A stretch of DNA of 64,000 nt. It comes from Mesotaenium endlicherianum (lineage: Eukaryota). Within the stretch, counting starts at the first letter, position 1; each line of letters opens with the position of its first letter. The position numbers and the translations under genes are program-made. Shown one piece after another: positions 26,576-38,963 of the stretch. The stretch spans positions 124,001-188,000 of the forward strand of contig WELA01002856.1 of NCBI GenBank assembly GCA_009602735.1, read 5' to 3'. Under the pieces are notes generated by a model. The model ran no database searches. It was not told where the DNA came from and was given only the letters and a program-made list of their open reading frames with translations.

Positions 26576-29500
26576 CCGAGACGTCGCTTTTTCTATCGGG
26601 GGGGTGATGTAGTGATTTGAGTTATTATATATTAGTTTGCATATGTTTAATGTTTTCAAATATATTTGGAGTAGTATTGTGTGGAGTCAAGTGTGAATAG
26701 GTACTCTAGTAACTTGGTTCATGTCCTTTGAACCTTCCAAGGCATTTTCGAAGTTTGAGGAAAGACCTAGAAGAACTCCATGTGGCAAAAGTCAAATGTG
26801 CCATTTTTAGGTCAAAAGGGCATTGTGTACATTATTCTAGAAAGAGGTGGCAAGTTTTGGGATGTGTTGGGTGCCAACACATCAACATACACTTTCCTAG
26901 AAATTACTTATGTAGCAAGTATATAAACAAGAGGTAGAACATAGAAAGAGATTCAAGAATCACTCTTGTACTTGCCAAAATCCAGAAATATATTAACTTT
27001 CAAGAAGCCATCTCTCTTTCAAGAAGCTACCACTTGTGTTCAAAGATCCTTGTCTTGAATAGATAAAGTATTCTGTTTTACTAAGTACTTTATCTATCTG
27101 TTTCACTACATACAGCTTGAAGACTGGCCTACCATATGTAGCAATGAAGGATAAGCCTTTAGGAAGCACCCTCTTAGACAAAGAGGTCACACGAGTAGAA
27201 CAGTGGGAGAAGAAGCAACTAAAGCACATAGAGATTTCTGGGTGCACCCTAGTATTAGATGGGTGGTGTAAGGTCATAGGTTTATAAAGTGCATTCTTGA
27301 GTTTCATGAAAGTATGTTAAAATTGTATAGTAGTGTAGAGTGCATTTTTGTGGTCATTTTGATATAAAGTTCATCGAATTTGGTCAAGTATTGAGAGAGT
27401 TATGGATTTCCGAAGTTTAATTAGTTTTGAGGTCGGTTGACGACTGTTCTTAATTTGCGGTGAGCGCGACCGTCGGATTGACCGACAGCGTCGAGCGATC
27501 TGGCCCGTTAGAATGAACTCGAACCTTCACGTAAGTTCGGCTGACGCGGAGTGCCGACTAGGTCGATTTACCTAGAAGTTTCGATTTAGCCTAGCGCGTC
27601 TAAGATAGAATATTCTAGAAATGTCGATGCATGTATATGGACGTCAATTCGGCCCGACACGTCAGATTAGACTGATCCGGCTTACTCACGAATATTCTGG
27701 AAGGGACGATTTGACGAACACTTAGGAAAATCCGTAGCTTTTTCCTAGGGAGGAGCACTTAGGCAGAAAATTATAAATAGGCATAACTTCTTTGTTTCTT
27801 ATCAATTTTCACTTCTGTAAATTTCTACGGATTTGTAATGACAAGGCCTTTCATCCTACATCATTTGTGAGCAGTTTCTTCCTACTCAAAATGTTGAGTA
27901 TTTTTCTTAAGCTTTGTTAGTGATATGCCGCTGCACTCTCTAGTATGATGGCAACTAGTTCCTTTCCTCGTGAGTCACTACGCTTGCACTAGGGCACTTT
28001 GCCCTTTTCATCTGGTATCGGAGCTGGGCTAGTTTGCATATTATATTATGGAGTCGCAGTCGGCAGCTGGAGGAGGCGAACATGTCGAGCATGTTGAGCG
28101 CGCCGGGCAACAGGCAGCACCAACGATGACTAGAGAGCAATAAGAAATGCAGGCTATGCTAAGGCAAATGGCAAATGCAATTGGAGGAGAAATCTACACC
28201 CAGTTTCAACAAAATATGCGCGCGGAGGTGGAGAGAATGGTGCGAATTGTTATGGGGAACGCCGCTTCGACGAGTTCGGCACCTGCACCCGTTGTACCAC
28301 CAATTCATGTTAATCCAGTGGTGCAACCATTTATTCCACCCGCATCAGGAGTGCGTGCGCCTAAGCCTGAAGTTTATACTGGAGAGCGTGGATCGCCGCC
28401 TGTTCATTGATGGATTTTTGGAGTGAAGAAGTTTATGGAGTATTCTGCGCTCACGCCCGACAGGCAAGTCGCCTTTGTCATAACCTTGCTGCAGAAGAGT
28501 GCTGGAGCTTGGTATGAACGAGAAGAGCAGCTGTCTGGGGTTCCTGCTACTGTTGATCAGCTATTTGAAGGCTTGAAGAGCCAATTTTCAAGCTATTGCA
28601 CCCGAGGCTACCGCTCGAGATCTATTGGTGCGCCTTCGTCAGCGAGGAAGCGTTCAGGAGTATGTTTCGCGCTTCAAAGAGCTGGTGCTTCAATGCCCAT
28701 CCATGCACGAGTTGGAGATGATGGACAAGTTCAAGAGGGGACTCAAGCCAACTGTGGCCAAGGAAGTGGCGCTCAAGGACCCTACCAGTCTTGGAGAAAT
28801 GATGGCATTGGCAACAAGGGTCGACGCTGTGGAGTATAGTCAGAGGCAGTTCGGCAGCCACAACTTTGGAGGATATCGACACTTTGGATCTCAAGCGCCA
28901 AGCACGACTGTTCAAGGTTCAGTACCCATGGAGTTGGGACTTGTGCAGTACCAGCGCAAGCAGCAGCATTTCAAGCCGAGAGGACTTTGCTATAGTTGCG
29001 GCAAGTTTGGACATCTGGCTCAAGACTGTCATGTGAAGGCGAAGCAACCTCAACAGCAGGAAAAAGGAGGACGCCAGTAAGTCGTTCTGGGGTGTCTACT
29101 GGCGTGAAGACGAGAACTCACAAGGAGGATATCCCCAGGAGCCTGCCGAGAAGCAAAGGACGAGACGTTGACAAGCCTATCATCGTGGAAGGAGTGGTCG
29201 ACGGCAACAAGGCGAAGTGTATGGTCGACAGTGGCGCAAGTGCAAACTTTGTGCTCAAGAAGCTGGTGAAAGAGTGGCGAGTCCCTGTGCAGAAGCATTA
29301 TGAGCCTAAGGAGGCAATTTTGGCAAATGGGCAGAGACTCAAGTGTGGTGCACCTACGGAAGCTATTCACGTGGAAGTAGCGGGGCACCAGAGAACTGGA
29401 GTTATGGAGCAGGCAGAGTTAGGTCACCATGAGGTGATATTGGGCCGATCATGGCTCAGAAAAGCCAACCCTCAAGTGCACTGGAGCACAGGACAAGTGA

Positions 29501-30138
29501 AAGTCCAAGGGCGTGATGGTCGAATGGAGACAGCGAAACAGGTGGAGGTAGATACGACCACAAGTAACTGTCTTCTGTCGAGCTTGCAAGTTAAGAAGCT
29601 ATGCAGGGCGAATCAGGTGAAGGAGATGTACCTTGTTTCGGTGGCCCTAGCCAGGTCATCAGATGGAGCAAGCGTGAATCCTAACAGCCTGGGCGAATGT
29701 ACATCGCCGGAGGAGCAAGTAGTGGTGTCTGATCTCCCTGCTCAGAAGGAGCAGAGCCCAACTGCTCAAGAGAAGAAGCCTGCTGAGATGCCTGCCTAGA
29801 TTAAGGCGCTGTTGGAGGAGTTCAAGAACGTATTTCCTAAGGAGCTACCTACAGGATTACCTCCACAGAGAGCTATGGAGCACAAGATCGAGTTGGAACC
29901 AGGGAGCAAGCCACCAGTGAGACCGGCCTATCGACAATCGTTTGCATTTGAGGAAGGTGTTGGAGGTCTTGAGAGATCAGAAGCTGTATGGGAAGATGAG
30001 CAAGTGCGACTTCTGTTTCAAGCAAGTCAAGTTTCTTGGACATATAGTGGGAGCTAAAGGAGTCAAGGGGGAGCAGAAGAAGGTGCAAGCAGTCAGAGAT
30101 TGGCCGGTGCCTGCTGATATTCATCAACTTATGAGTTT

Positions 30139-30859
30139 TGAAATGAATCGACTTACCAAATAAGCGATTAACAATTAATGAAGATCTTTATATCAGCAAG
30201 TAATCTTGATGGCGATTTCCGTTAGCTGGTTAAACGGCGAAGGACAATACACTAGCAGTGAATAATACTCGTAAGTCAAATGCGAGTAACCTAGCATCAA
30301 TGATGCAAATCAGTGAACTCATACATAAGCAAGGTTAGAAGACAGTGCGTATCAATGGCTTCTCGCCTTGGATTCAGATCTCTCTCAGTAAGCTGTACAG
30401 GAGAGTTGGCCTCGTTTCCAAATGCCGAACTCGAGAGCAATGTCTAGCGTATGTACATGGAATGAGTTTACTGTTCAACGGTCAGTGCGATGGCACCGCC
30501 TACCCGGGAGTTAACCACGTTGGTAGGACCTCGGTTAACCAAATCCACCGCCATCTCCCATCATCCCGAATCGCCATCCATCATAGGGATGTCATGTGGC
30601 CATTCATCTAGCATACCACACTTAGATGCATATTGAGGCAGTTCGCTGCTACCGAGTACGGAAGTCAGCTGGCTGTCAAAGAATGTGTCAGCAAGCTGAC
30701 TTAAGGTGGCCTCAGCCTGCTACTTCCGGCCAAGTCATTAAATTGATATTAAGTATAAAGTCCAGCAGACTGATTATTAACTAGAGTTCAGCAGGCTGAA
30801 CTTATTTAACTATATTATTTAAATGAATATTATATCGACCAGTATACTGATTCATTACA
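30139..30859 (-). mobile_element. Solo LTR, family B, inside family A pol
   Basis: TGAAATG...CATTACA with TSD AGTTT (30134-30138, 30860-30864). Confidence 0.95.
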
Positions 30860-31119
30860 AGTTTCCTCGGCATGGCGAATTATTATCGACGTTTCATTGA
30901 AGGATATGCCAAGGTGTGTGCACCGCTGACGGACATGTTGAAGAAGCTAGAGAAGTGGCTGTGGGGTGACAAGGAGCAGCAAGCCTTCGAGAAGATTAAA
31001 GAGCTGTTGACACAGGCACCTGTGTTGGCAATTGCCAGTCCAGAGCTTCCTTTCACCATCATCACGGACGCCTCAAATTTCGCAGTGGGGGCCAATTTTC
31101 TCTAGGACCAAGGCAAAGG

Positions 31120-32901
31120 ATGAGTCCTGCAGAGCAGAACTATGCAGCACACGAGCGAGAGATGTTGGCCATTATCCAGGCTTTGAGGATTTGGCGATGT
31201 TATGTGGACGGCCGGAAGGTGTTTATCAAGACCGACCACAAGAGCTTGGAGAAGTTTATGACGCAACCAACGTTGACACCAAGACAGGCAAGGTGGATGG
31301 AGTTTCTGCAACAGTTCGACCACAAGATTGAGTACTTACCTGGGAAGATCAACCCTGCAGACGCTTTATCCAGGAGGTGTGACCTTGCAGCTGTCTCAGT
31401 CATCAAGGAGAATATGGACTTCAAGGAGAAGCTTCAAAAAGGTTATGAGGAGGACCCACAGTTTGCTGATGGTGGAGCAGCGGAGTTCAACGCGAGTATG
31501 CAGAAGAAGGACGGCATATGGTATTATGGTGATTCCAAGAGAGTGGTGGTACCTGACATCAAGGAGCTACGAGACTTACTACTTGCGGAGCATCATGACT
31601 GCTTATATGCTGGACACTTTGGAAGCGAGAAGACGGCAAGCGTGCTGAAGCGGGAATACTACTGGAGAAATATGGACAAGGACATCGAGGAGTGGATCAG
31701 GAGTTGCGATGCGTGCCAGAGAAACAAGACACCAAATCAAAAGAAGGGAGGTACATTGCGGCCCCTGCCTATTCCAGAGTATCCTTGGGAGCAGATTGCT
31801 ATGGACTTCATCACATCGTTACCAGTCAGTGGTCAAGGGCACGATGCAGTATGGGTAGTGTCTGACAGACTCAGCAAGATGGCTCACTTCATTCCCATGA
31901 AGGAGACTTCTACGGCAGCAGATGTGGCACGGCTATTCTTTGATCATATTTTTAGGCTACATGGGTTGCCGAAGGTGATTGTTTCAGATCGAGATCCAAG
32001 GTTTACTAGCAACTTTTGGCGGTCATTGTTTACTTTGATGGGGACCAAGCTGAGTATGAGCACTTCCTATCACCCTCAGACAGATGGGCAGAGTGAGAGG
32101 CTCAACAGAACTCTGCAAGAGGTGCTCAGGAGTTTCACTATGGAAGACCCTTCAGAGTGGGACAAGAAGCTACCAGGGTTGGAGTTTGCCTACAACAACA
32201 GCATGCAGGGATCGACCAAGCAGTCACCATTCGCTATGGTTTATGGGAGAGAAGTATATCATCCAGGGAACATCTTGTTGGAGAAGGCCAAGGAGACTCA
32301 GGTTCCTACTACACAAGCTTTTATGGAGCAGATGGCCAAGACTTGGGATATGGCGAAGACGTGTATTCGGAAGGCACAGGAAGAGCAGGTCAAGCATGCT
32401 AACAAGCACAGGAGGGAAGTGACATTCCATGTGGGCGACAAAGTACTCTTGTCCACAGAGAACCTACCTTTCACAGGCAAGAGGAAACTGCGGGCACGGT
32501 TTACAGGTCCCTTTGTAGTGCTCAAGCAGGTGAATCCAGTGGCCTACAAGTTGGAACTTCCTTCAGGCTGGCGTATCCATGATGTGTTCCATGTCAGTTG
32601 TCTACGGCCATACGTTGACCCGAATGAAGGACATCCAGGACGACTACCTACACCGCCACCACCGGTCGAGATCGATGATGTATTGGAGTATGAAGTGGAG
32701 GCGATTGTCGGCGATCGACGAGTCAAGCGAGGTCAACGATTTGTCCAAGAGTATCTGGTCAAGTGGAAAGGCTACCATGCGGACGACAACACTTGGGAGC
32801 CAGAGGCCAACTTGACTCATTGTAAGAGTAAGTTGAGACGTTATCTGCAGAATGCGTCGAGGACGTCGCATCTTGAGGAGGGGGATGATGTAAGGTCATA
32901 G
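31120..32901 (+). CDS. pol: Uninterrupted RNase H C-terminus, integrase and chromodomain segment of family A pol
   Basis: 593-aa ORF with HHDCLYAGHFG..CDAC, AMDFITSLP, SDRDPRF, FTGPF and [24 protein letters not shown]. Confidence 0.9.
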   Translation: MSPAEQNYAAHEREMLAIIQALRIWRCYVDGRKVFIKTDHKSLEKFMTQPTLTPRQARWMEFLQQFDHKIEYLPGKINPADALSRRCDLAAVSVIKENMDFKEKLQKGYEEDPQFADGGAAEFNASMQKKDGIWYYGDSKRVVVPDIKELRDLLLAEHHDCLYAGHFGSEKTASVLKREYYWRNMDKDIEEWIRSCDACQRNKTPNQKKGGTLRPLPIPEYPWEQIAMDFITSLPVSGQGHDAVWVVSDRLSKMAHFIPMKETSTAADVARLFFDHIFRLHGLPKVIVSDRDPRFTSNFWRSLFTLMGTKLSMSTSYHPQTDGQSERLNRTLQEVLRSFTMEDPSEWDKKLPGLEFAYNNSMQGSTKQSPFAMVYGREVYHPGNILLEKAKETQVPTTQAFMEQMAKTWDMAKTCIRKAQEEQVKHANKHRREVTFHVGDKVLLSTENLPFTGKRKLRARFTGPFVVLKQVNPVAYKLELPSGWRIHDVFHVSCLRPYVDPNEGHPGRLPTPPPPVEIDDVLEYEVEAIVGDRRVKRGQRFVQEYLVKWKGYHADDNTWEPEANLTHCKSKLRRYLQNASRTSHLEEGDDVRS

Positions 32902-33701
32902 GTTTATAAAGTGCATTTTTGAGTTTCATAAAATTATGTTTTGATTGTTCATTCATGTAGAGTGCATTTTTGTGGTCATTTTGATATAAAGTTCATCGAA
33001 TTTGGTCAAGTATTGAGAGAGTTATGGATTTCCGAAGTTTAATTAGTTTTGAGTCGGTTGACGACTGTCCATAATTCGCGGTGAGCGCGACCGTCGGATT
33101 GACCGACAGCGTTGAGCGATCTGGCCCGTTAGAATGAACTCGAACCTTCACGTTAGTTCGGCTGACGCGGAGTGCCGACTAGGTCGATTCACCTAGAAGT
33201 TTCGATTTAGCCTAGCGCGTCTAAGATAGAATATTCTAGTAATGTCGATGCATGTTTGTGGACGTCATTTCGGCCCGACACGTCAGATTAGACTGATCTG
33301 GCTTTTTCACGAATATTATGGAAGGGACGATTTGACGAACACTTAGGAAAATCCGTAGCTTCCTCCTAGGAAGAAGCACTTAGGCAGAAAATTATAAATA
33401 GGCATAACTTCTTTGTTTCTCATCAGTTTTCACCTATGTAAATTTCTACGGGTTTGTAATGACAAGGCCTTTCATCCTACATCATTTGTGAGCACTTTCT
33501 TGCTACTCAAAATGTTGAGTATTTTTCCTAAGCTTTGTTAGTGATATGCCGCTGCACTCTCTAGTATGATGGCAACTAGTTCCTTTCCTCGTGAGTCACT
33601 ACGCTTCCACTAGGGCATTTTGCCCCTTTCAGGTGGACAGACACATCAAGGCATCCCCTCTTGAATGTTCTTAGAGTGTCGCGTGGTGTGGAGTTGTTCA
33701 T

Positions 33702-36700
33702 TGTAAGGTCATAGATTTACAAAGTGCATTTTTGAGTTCCTTAAAAGTATGTTTTGATTGCTTAGAAGTGTAGAGTGATTTTTGTGGTCATTTTGATATA
33801 AAGTTCATCAAATTTGGTCAAGTATTGAGAGAGTTATGGATTTCCAAAGTTTAATTAGTTTTGAGGTCGGTTGACGACTGTCCTTAATTCGCGGTGAGCG
33901 CGACCGTCGGATTGACCGATAGCGTCGAGCGATCTGGGCCGTTAGAGTGAATTCGAACCTTCACGTAAGTTCGGCTGACGCGGACTGCCGACTAGGTCGA
34001 TTCACCTAGAAGTTTCGGATTAGCCTAGCGCGTCTAAGTTAGTATATTCTAGATATTTCGATGCATGCATGTGGACGTCAAATCGACCCGACACGTCAGA
34101 TGAGACTGGTCTGGCTTATTCACAAATATTCTGGAAGGGACGATTTGACAATCACTTAAGAAATCCGTTGCTAAGCGGCCCTCCCGCCTAGGGGCGAGCG
34201 GCCGTCGTAGAAAACTATAAATAAGCATAACTACTTCATTTCTCATCAGTTTTCACTTTTGTAAATTTCTACGGGTTTGTAATGACAAGGCCTTCTATCC
34301 TACATCATTTGTGAGCACTTTCTTGTATTTTTCCTAAGCTTTTTTAGTGATATGCCGTTGCACTCTTTAGTATGATTGCAACCAGTTCTTTTCCTCGTGA
34401 GTTACTACGCTTCCACTAGGGCACTCTGCCCCTTTCATCTGGTATCGGAGCAGGGCTAGTTTGCATATTATATTAAGGAGCCGCAGTCGGCAAGTGGAGG
34501 AGGCGAACATGTCGAGCATGTTGAGCGTGTGGAGCAGAGGGCACCACCTTTGTCAAGGGAGCAACAAGAGATGCAGGCGATGTTGAGGCAGATGGCAAAC
34601 GCAATTGGAGGAAAAGTCTACACACAGTTTCAACAAAATATGCGCGCGGAGGTGAAGAGAATGGTGCGAGTTGTTATGGGGAACGCCGCTTCGATGAGTT
34701 CGGCACCTGCACCCGTTGTGCCACCAATTCATGTTAATCCAGTGGTGCAACCAGTTTTTCCACCCGCATTAGGAGTGCGTGCGCCTAAGCCTGAAGTGTA
34801 TACTGCAGAGCGTGGATCGCCGCCTGTTCATCAATGGATTTTTGGAGTGAAGAAGTTTATGGAGTATTCTGCGCTCACGCCCGACAAGCAAGTCGCCTTT
34901 GTCATAATTTTGCTGCAGAAGAGTGGTGGAGCTTGGTATGAAAGAGAAGAGCAGCTGTCTGGAGTTCCTGCTAGTGTTGATCAGCTATTTGAAGGCTTGA
35001 AGAGGCAATTTCAACCTATTGCACCCGAGGCTATCGCTCGAGATCTATTGGTGCGCCTTTGTCAACAAGGAAGCGTTCAAGAGTATGTATTGCGCTTCAA
35101 CGAGCTGGTGCTTCAATGTCCATCCATGCACAAGTCGGAGATGATGGACAAGTTCAAGAGGGGACTCAAGCCAACTGTGGCCAAGGAAGTGGCGCTCAAG
35201 GACCCTACCGGTCTTGGAGAAATGATGGCATTGGCAACAAGGGTCGACGCTGTGGAGTATAGTCAGAGGCACTTGGGCAGCCACAACGTTGGAGAATATC
35301 GACACTTTGGATCTTAAGCACCAAGCACGAGTGGACAAGGTCCAGTACCTATGGAGTTGGGACTTGTGCAGTACCAGCGCAGGCAGCAAAATCTCAAGCC
35401 GAGAGGACCCTGCTATAATTGCGGCAAACTTGGACATTGGGTTCGAGACTGTTATGTGAAGGCGAAGCAACCTCAACAGCAGGAAAAAGGAGGACGCCAG
35501 TAAGTCGTTCTGGGGTGTCTACTGGCGTGAAGGCAAGAACTTACAAGGAGGTTATCCCCAGGAGCCTGCCGAGAAGCGAAAGACGAGATCTTGACAAGCC
35601 TATCATCGTGGAAGGAGTGGTCGACGGCAACAAGGCGAAGTGTATGGTCCACAGTGGCGCAAGTGCAAACTTTGTGCACAAGAAGCTGGTGAAAGAGTGG
35701 CGAATCCCTGTGCAGAAGCATTATGAGCCTAAGGAGGCAATTTTGGCGAATGGGCAGAGACTCAAGTGTGGTGCACCTACGGAAGCTATTCACGTGGAAG
35801 TAGCGGGGCACCAGAGTACTGAAGTTATGGAGCAGGCAGAGTTAGGTCACCATGAGGTGATATTGGGCCGACCATGGCTGAGGAAAGCCAACCCTCAAGT
35901 GCACTGGAGCACAGGACAAATAAAAGTCCAAGGGCGTGATGGTCCAATGGAGACAGCGAAACAGGTGGAGGTAGATACGACCACAAGTAACTGTCTTCTG
36001 TCGAGCCTGCAAGTTAAGAAGCTATGCAGGGCGAATCAGGTGAAGGAGATGTACCTTGTTTCGATGGCCCTGGCCAGGTCATCAGATGGAGCAAGCGTGA
36101 ATCCTAACAGCCTGGGCGAATGTACATCGTCGGAGGAGCAAGTAGTGGTGTCTGATCCCCTTGCTCAGAAGAAGCAAAGCCCAACCGCTCAAGAGAAGAA
36201 GCCTGCTGAGACGCCTGCCCAAATTAAGGCGCTGTTGGAGGAATTCAAGTGCGTTTTTCCTGAGGAGCTACCTGCAGGATTACTTCCACAGAGAGCTATG
36301 GAGCACAAGATCGAGTTGGAACCAGGGAGCAAGCCACCAGTGAGACCCGCCTATCGTCAATCGTTTGTGGAGTTGGACGAGTTGAAGAAGCACCTGACAG
36401 AGTTGTTGGAGAAGGGATTCATCCGACCTAGCGAGTCTCCATTTGCAGTGCCAGTCTTATTTGTGAAGAAGAAGGATGGGACTATGAGGATGTGTGTCGA
36501 CTACCGAGCTCTCAACAAGATCACCATCAAGAACAGGTACCACTTCCACGAGTGGATGAGTTGATTGACAGGCTTGTCGGGGCGAAGTATTTCTCGAAGA
36601 TCGATTTGAGGAGTGGCTATCACCAGGTACGGATTGCGAAAGGAGACGTTCAGAAGACTGCTTTCAGAACTCGCTATGGTTTGTTCGAGTTCACAGTCAT

Positions 36701-38963
36701 GCCTTTTGGATTGACCAATGCTCCTGCTACATTGATGGGACTCATGAATAGTATCTTCAGACCCTACTTGGACCAGTTTGTGGTGGTATTTTTGGACGAC
36801 ATCCTGATCTATTCGAAGACCTTGGAGGAGCATGTGGAGCATCTGAGGAAGGTGTTGGAGGTCTTGAGAGATCAAAAGTTGTATGGGAAGATGAGCAAAT
36901 GCGACTTCTGTCTAAATGGACATACAGTGGGAGCTGAAGGAGTCACGGTGGAGCAGAAGAAGGTGCAAGCAGTAAGAGCTTGGCCGGTACCTGCTGATAT
37001 TCATCAACTCAGGAGTTTCCTCGGCATGGCGAATTATTATCGACGTTTCATTGAAGGATTTGCCAAGGTGTGTGCACCGCTGACGGACATGTTGAAGAAC
37101 CAGGAGAAGTGGCTATGGGGTGACAAGGAGTAGCAAGCATTTGAGAGGATTAAGGAGTTATTGACACAGGCACCTGTGTTGGCAATTGCCAGTCCAGAGC
37201 TTCCTTTCACTATCATCACAGACGCATCAAACTTTGCAGTGGGAGCCATTCTTCTCTAGGACCAGGGCCAAGGATTGCAACCTGTGGCATATGAGAGCAG
37301 GAAGTTGAGTCCTGCTGAGCAAAACTATGCAGCACACGAGCGGGAGATGTTGGCTATTATCCAGGCTTTGAGGATTTGGCGATGCTGTGTGGACGGCCGG
37401 AAGGTGTTCATCAAGACCGACCACAAGAGCTTGGAGAAGTTTATGACGCAACCAACGTTGACACCAAGACAAGCAAGGTGGATGGAGTTTCTGCAACAGT
37501 TCGACCACAAGATTGAGTATTTACCGGGGAAGATCAACCCTGCAGACGCTTTATCCAGGAGGTGTGACCTTGCAGCTGTCTCAGTCATCAAGGAGAGTGG
37601 ACTTCAAGGAGAAGCTTCAGAGAGGTTATGAAGAAGACCCAGAGTATGCTGATGGTGGAGCAGCTGAGTTTAACTCGAGTATGCACAAGAAGGACGGCAT
37701 ATGGTACTATGGTGATTTCAAAAGAGTGGTGGTACCTGACATCAAGGAGCTACGAGTCTTACTACTTGCGGAGCATCATGATTGCTTATATGCTGGACAC
37801 TTTGGAAGCGAGAAGACGGCAAGCGTGCTGAAGCGAGAATACTATTGGAGAAATATGGACAAGGACATCAAGGAGTGGATCAGGAGTTGCGATGCGTGCC
37901 AGCGTAACAAGACACCAAATCAAAAGAAGGGAGTTGTTTGCGGCCATACGTTGACCCAAATGAAGTACATCCAGGACGACTGCCTACACCGCCACCACCG
38001 GTCGAGATCGATGATGTATTGGAGTATGAAGTGGAGGCGATTGTCGGCGATCGACGAGTCAAGCGAGGTCAACGACTTGTTCAAGAGTATCTGGTCAAGT
38101 GGAAGGGCTACCATGCGGACGACAACACTTGGGAGCCAGAGGCCAACTTGACTCATTGCAAGATTAAGTTGAGACGTTATCTGCAGAATGCGTCGAGGAC
38201 GTCGCATCTTGAGGAGGGGGATGATGTAAGGTCATAGGTTTAATAAGTGCATTTTTGAGTTCCTTAAAAGTATGTTTTGATTACTTAGAAGTGTAGAGTG
38301 TATTTTTGTGGTCATTTTGATATAAAGTTCATCGAATTTGGTCAAGTATCGAGAGAGTTATGGATTTCCAAAGTTTAATTGGTTTTGAGGTCGGTTGACG
38401 ACTGTCCTTAATTCGCGGTGAGCGCGACCGTCGGATTGACCGACAGCGTCGAGCGATCTGGGCTGTTAGAGTGATTTCGAACCTTCACGTAAGTTCGGCT
38501 GACGCGGAGTGCCGACTAGGTCAATTCACCTAGAAGTTTCGGATTAGCCTAGCGCGTCTAAGTTAGTGTGTTCTAGATATTTCGAATTCATGCATGTGGA
38601 CGTCAAATCGACCCGACACGTCAGATGAGACTGGTCTGGCTTTTTCACGAAGATTCTGGAAGGGACGATTTGACAAACACTTAAGAAAATCCGTTGCTAA
38701 GCGGCTTTCCCGCCTAGGGGCGAGCGGCCGTCGTAGAAAATTATAAATAGGCATAACTACTTCATTTCTCATCAGTTTTCACTTCTGTAAATTTTGTAAA
38801 GTTTGTAATGACAGGGCCTTTCATCCTACATCATTTGTGAGCAATTTCTTGTATTTTTCCTAAGCTTTCTTAGTGATATGCCGCTGCATTCTTTAGTTTG
38901 ATTGCAACCAGTTCTTTTCCTCGTGAGTTACTACGCTTCCACTAGGGCACTCTGCCCCTTTCA
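33702..38963 (+). mobile_element. Family A chromovirus copy 2 (LTRs 33702-34437 and 38225-38963); integrase core deleted
   Basis: TSD TTCAT, PBS 34440. gag 34529-35317+, RT with FLDDILI. About 840 bp is missing at ~37933 relative to copy 1. Confidence 0.95.

Larger units (their letters stand above)
20431..27110 (+). mobile_element. Full-length family C chromovirus (LTRs 20431-20933 and 26608-27110)
   Basis: TG..CA LTR pair, TSD TACAG, PBS 20935-20946, G-rich PPT before 26608, intact gag and pol. Confidence 0.97.
27267..33631 (+). mobile_element. Family A chromovirus copy 1 (LTRs 27267-28010 and 32889-33631); RT core deleted
   Basis: TSD GGTGG, PBS 28013, PPT GAGGAGGGGGATGA. Disrupted gag, protease (MVDSGAS). 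About 470 bp of RT is missing at ~29944 relative to copy 2. Confidence 0.95.
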
